DNA from: Eledone cirrhosa
Taxonomy: Eukaryota
Length of the DNA: 64,000 bases
Assembly: GCA_964016885.1 (NCBI GenBank)
Contig: OZ024740.1
Span: forward strand, 318,990,001 to 319,054,000
Direction of reading: 5' to 3'
In this document: one piece after another, positions 63,101 through 64,000 of the stretch
Layout of the letters: the number at the start of each line of letters is the position of its first letter
Numbering within the stretch: the stretch's first letter is position 1
Translations under genes and position numbers: made by a program
Notes under the pieces: generated by a model
The model's input: only the letters and a program-made list of their open reading frames with translations
Database searches by the model: none
Told to the model about the DNA's origin: nothing

Positions 63101-64000
63101 TGTCTCGTCTATTTCCACAACTTACATTCTATCTCACATTCTAACGAGTCTACCAATTCGCTGTATTTCTATTACAATACTCACAACAAATAAACCAGGA
63201 TTGTCTCGTCTATTTCCACAACTTACATTCTATCTGACATACTAACGACTCTACCAATTCGAAGTCTTTCTACTACAATACTAACTTTAAACAATCCAGG
63301 ATTGTCTCCTCTATTTCCACAACTTACATTCTATCTGACATTCTAAGGACTCTATCAATTCGAAGTCTTTCTACTACAATACTAACGTCAAATAATCCAG
63401 GATCGTCTCGTCTATTTCCACAACTTACATTCTATCTGACATTCTAGCGACTCTACCAATTCGAAGTCTTTCTACTACAATACTAACAACAAATAATCTA
63501 GGATTGTCTCATCTATCTCCACAACTTACATTTTCTCTGACGTTCTAACGACTCTACCAATTCGAAGTTTTTCTACTACAATACTAACTTTAAACAATCC
63601 AGGATTGTCTCCTCTATTTCCACAACTTACATTCTATCTGACATTCTAACGACTCTACCCATTCGCTGTATTTCTACTACAATACTAACTTCAAATAATC
63701 CAGGATTGTCTCCTCTATTTCCACAACTTACATTCTATCTCACATTCTAACGAGTCTACCAATTCGCTGTATTTCTTCTACAATACTCACAACAAATAAA
63801 CCAGGATTGTCTCGTCTATTTCCACAACTTACATTCTATCTGACATACTAACGACTCTACCAATTCGAAGTCTTTCTACTACAATACTAACTTTAAACAA
63901 TCCAGGATTGTCTCCTCTATTTCCACAACTTACGTTCTATCTGACATTCTAACGACTCTACCAATTCGCTGTATTTCTACTACAATACTGACTTCAAATA
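49970..64000 (+). repeat. Large duplication, ~49970-55719 and ~58050-64000+ (offset 8079, then 8281)
   Basis: +8079: CATTTAAACG 50311/58390, CGCCGTA 51141/59220, CTTACTTTCT 52921/61000, TTCTAAGGAC 53141/61220. +8281: GTTTATTT 54321/62602, TTTCTTCTA 55491/63772. Confidence 0.93.
56450..57510 (+). repeat. Island of ~10 more diverged monomers carrying private variants
   Basis: Variants not seen elsewhere: TTCAGCATTCTC, TACCCAC, 1-bp deletion CATTCATC, GGAATGTC, CTAAGAACTCCACC, TACAGTA, GAATATCTC, TTTGCAC, GAAGCCTTTTCAC, CTCGCAAC, TTCCCTGT. Confidence 0.85.

Larger units (their letters stand above)
1..64000 (+). repeat. Tandem satellite DNA array, 101-bp monomer, ~634 copies, running off both window ends
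   Basis: CTTAC monomer starts at 1, 102, ... 910, ... 63929. The last is 633x101+1 minus 5, and the -5 is fully explained by the nine indels found. All monomers are in the same orientation, each differing from consensus by a few substitutions. Confidence 0.99.
46500..64000 (+). repeat. Variant domain C of the satellite
   Basis: Diagnostic variants: CAATTAGTC, AATGCAGG, TCTAATTCAA, CCAGAATT, GACAGTCT, CTAAGGAC, CTAGCGAC. Confidence 0.75.

Noticed and set aside
1-64000. CRISPR array or diversity-generating cassette array
   Set aside because: There are no unique spacers. The variable slots are a few bases drawn from a small allele set, and no cas, reverse transcriptase or recombinase genes are present.
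1-64000. Tandem 5S rRNA, tRNA, snRNA or spliced-leader gene array, or telomeric repeat
   Set aside because: No recognisable conserved motifs, Pol III boxes or cloverleaf. The G-poor strand has little pairing potential, and there is no short G-rich telomere unit.
1-64000. Transposon insertions or inversions within the array
   Set aside because: The 101-bp phase is accounted for end to end, and I saw no reverse-complement monomer or foreign sequence.

Overview
The whole 64 kb window is one uninterrupted head-to-tail tandem array of a 101-bp satellite monomer (~633.7 copies, one orientation). Consensus read by eye: CTTACATTCTATCTGACATTCTAACGACTCTACCAATTCGAAGTCTTTCTACTACAATACTCACAACAAATAATCCAGGATTGTCTCGTCTATTTCCACAA (A32 C28 G8 T33, ~36% GC, G-poor + strand). 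I see no genes, RNA genes, mobile elements, CRISPR arrays or unique sequence, and the three listed ORFs are chance read-throughs of repeat variants. The information lies in the order of monomer variants. That order shows three variant domains (~1-31 kb, ~31-46.5 kb, ~46.5-64 kb), nested near-identical duplications with offsets of 12-91 monomers, a diverged island at ~56.5-57.5 kb, and only nine register-shifting indels. This architecture is typical of eukaryotic (peri)centromeric or heterochromatic satellite DNA. I do not recognise the family or organism, cannot show function from sequence alone, and see no evidence for a novel gene-based system. Block boundaries are by-eye estimates, and the quoted offsets come from marker positions.
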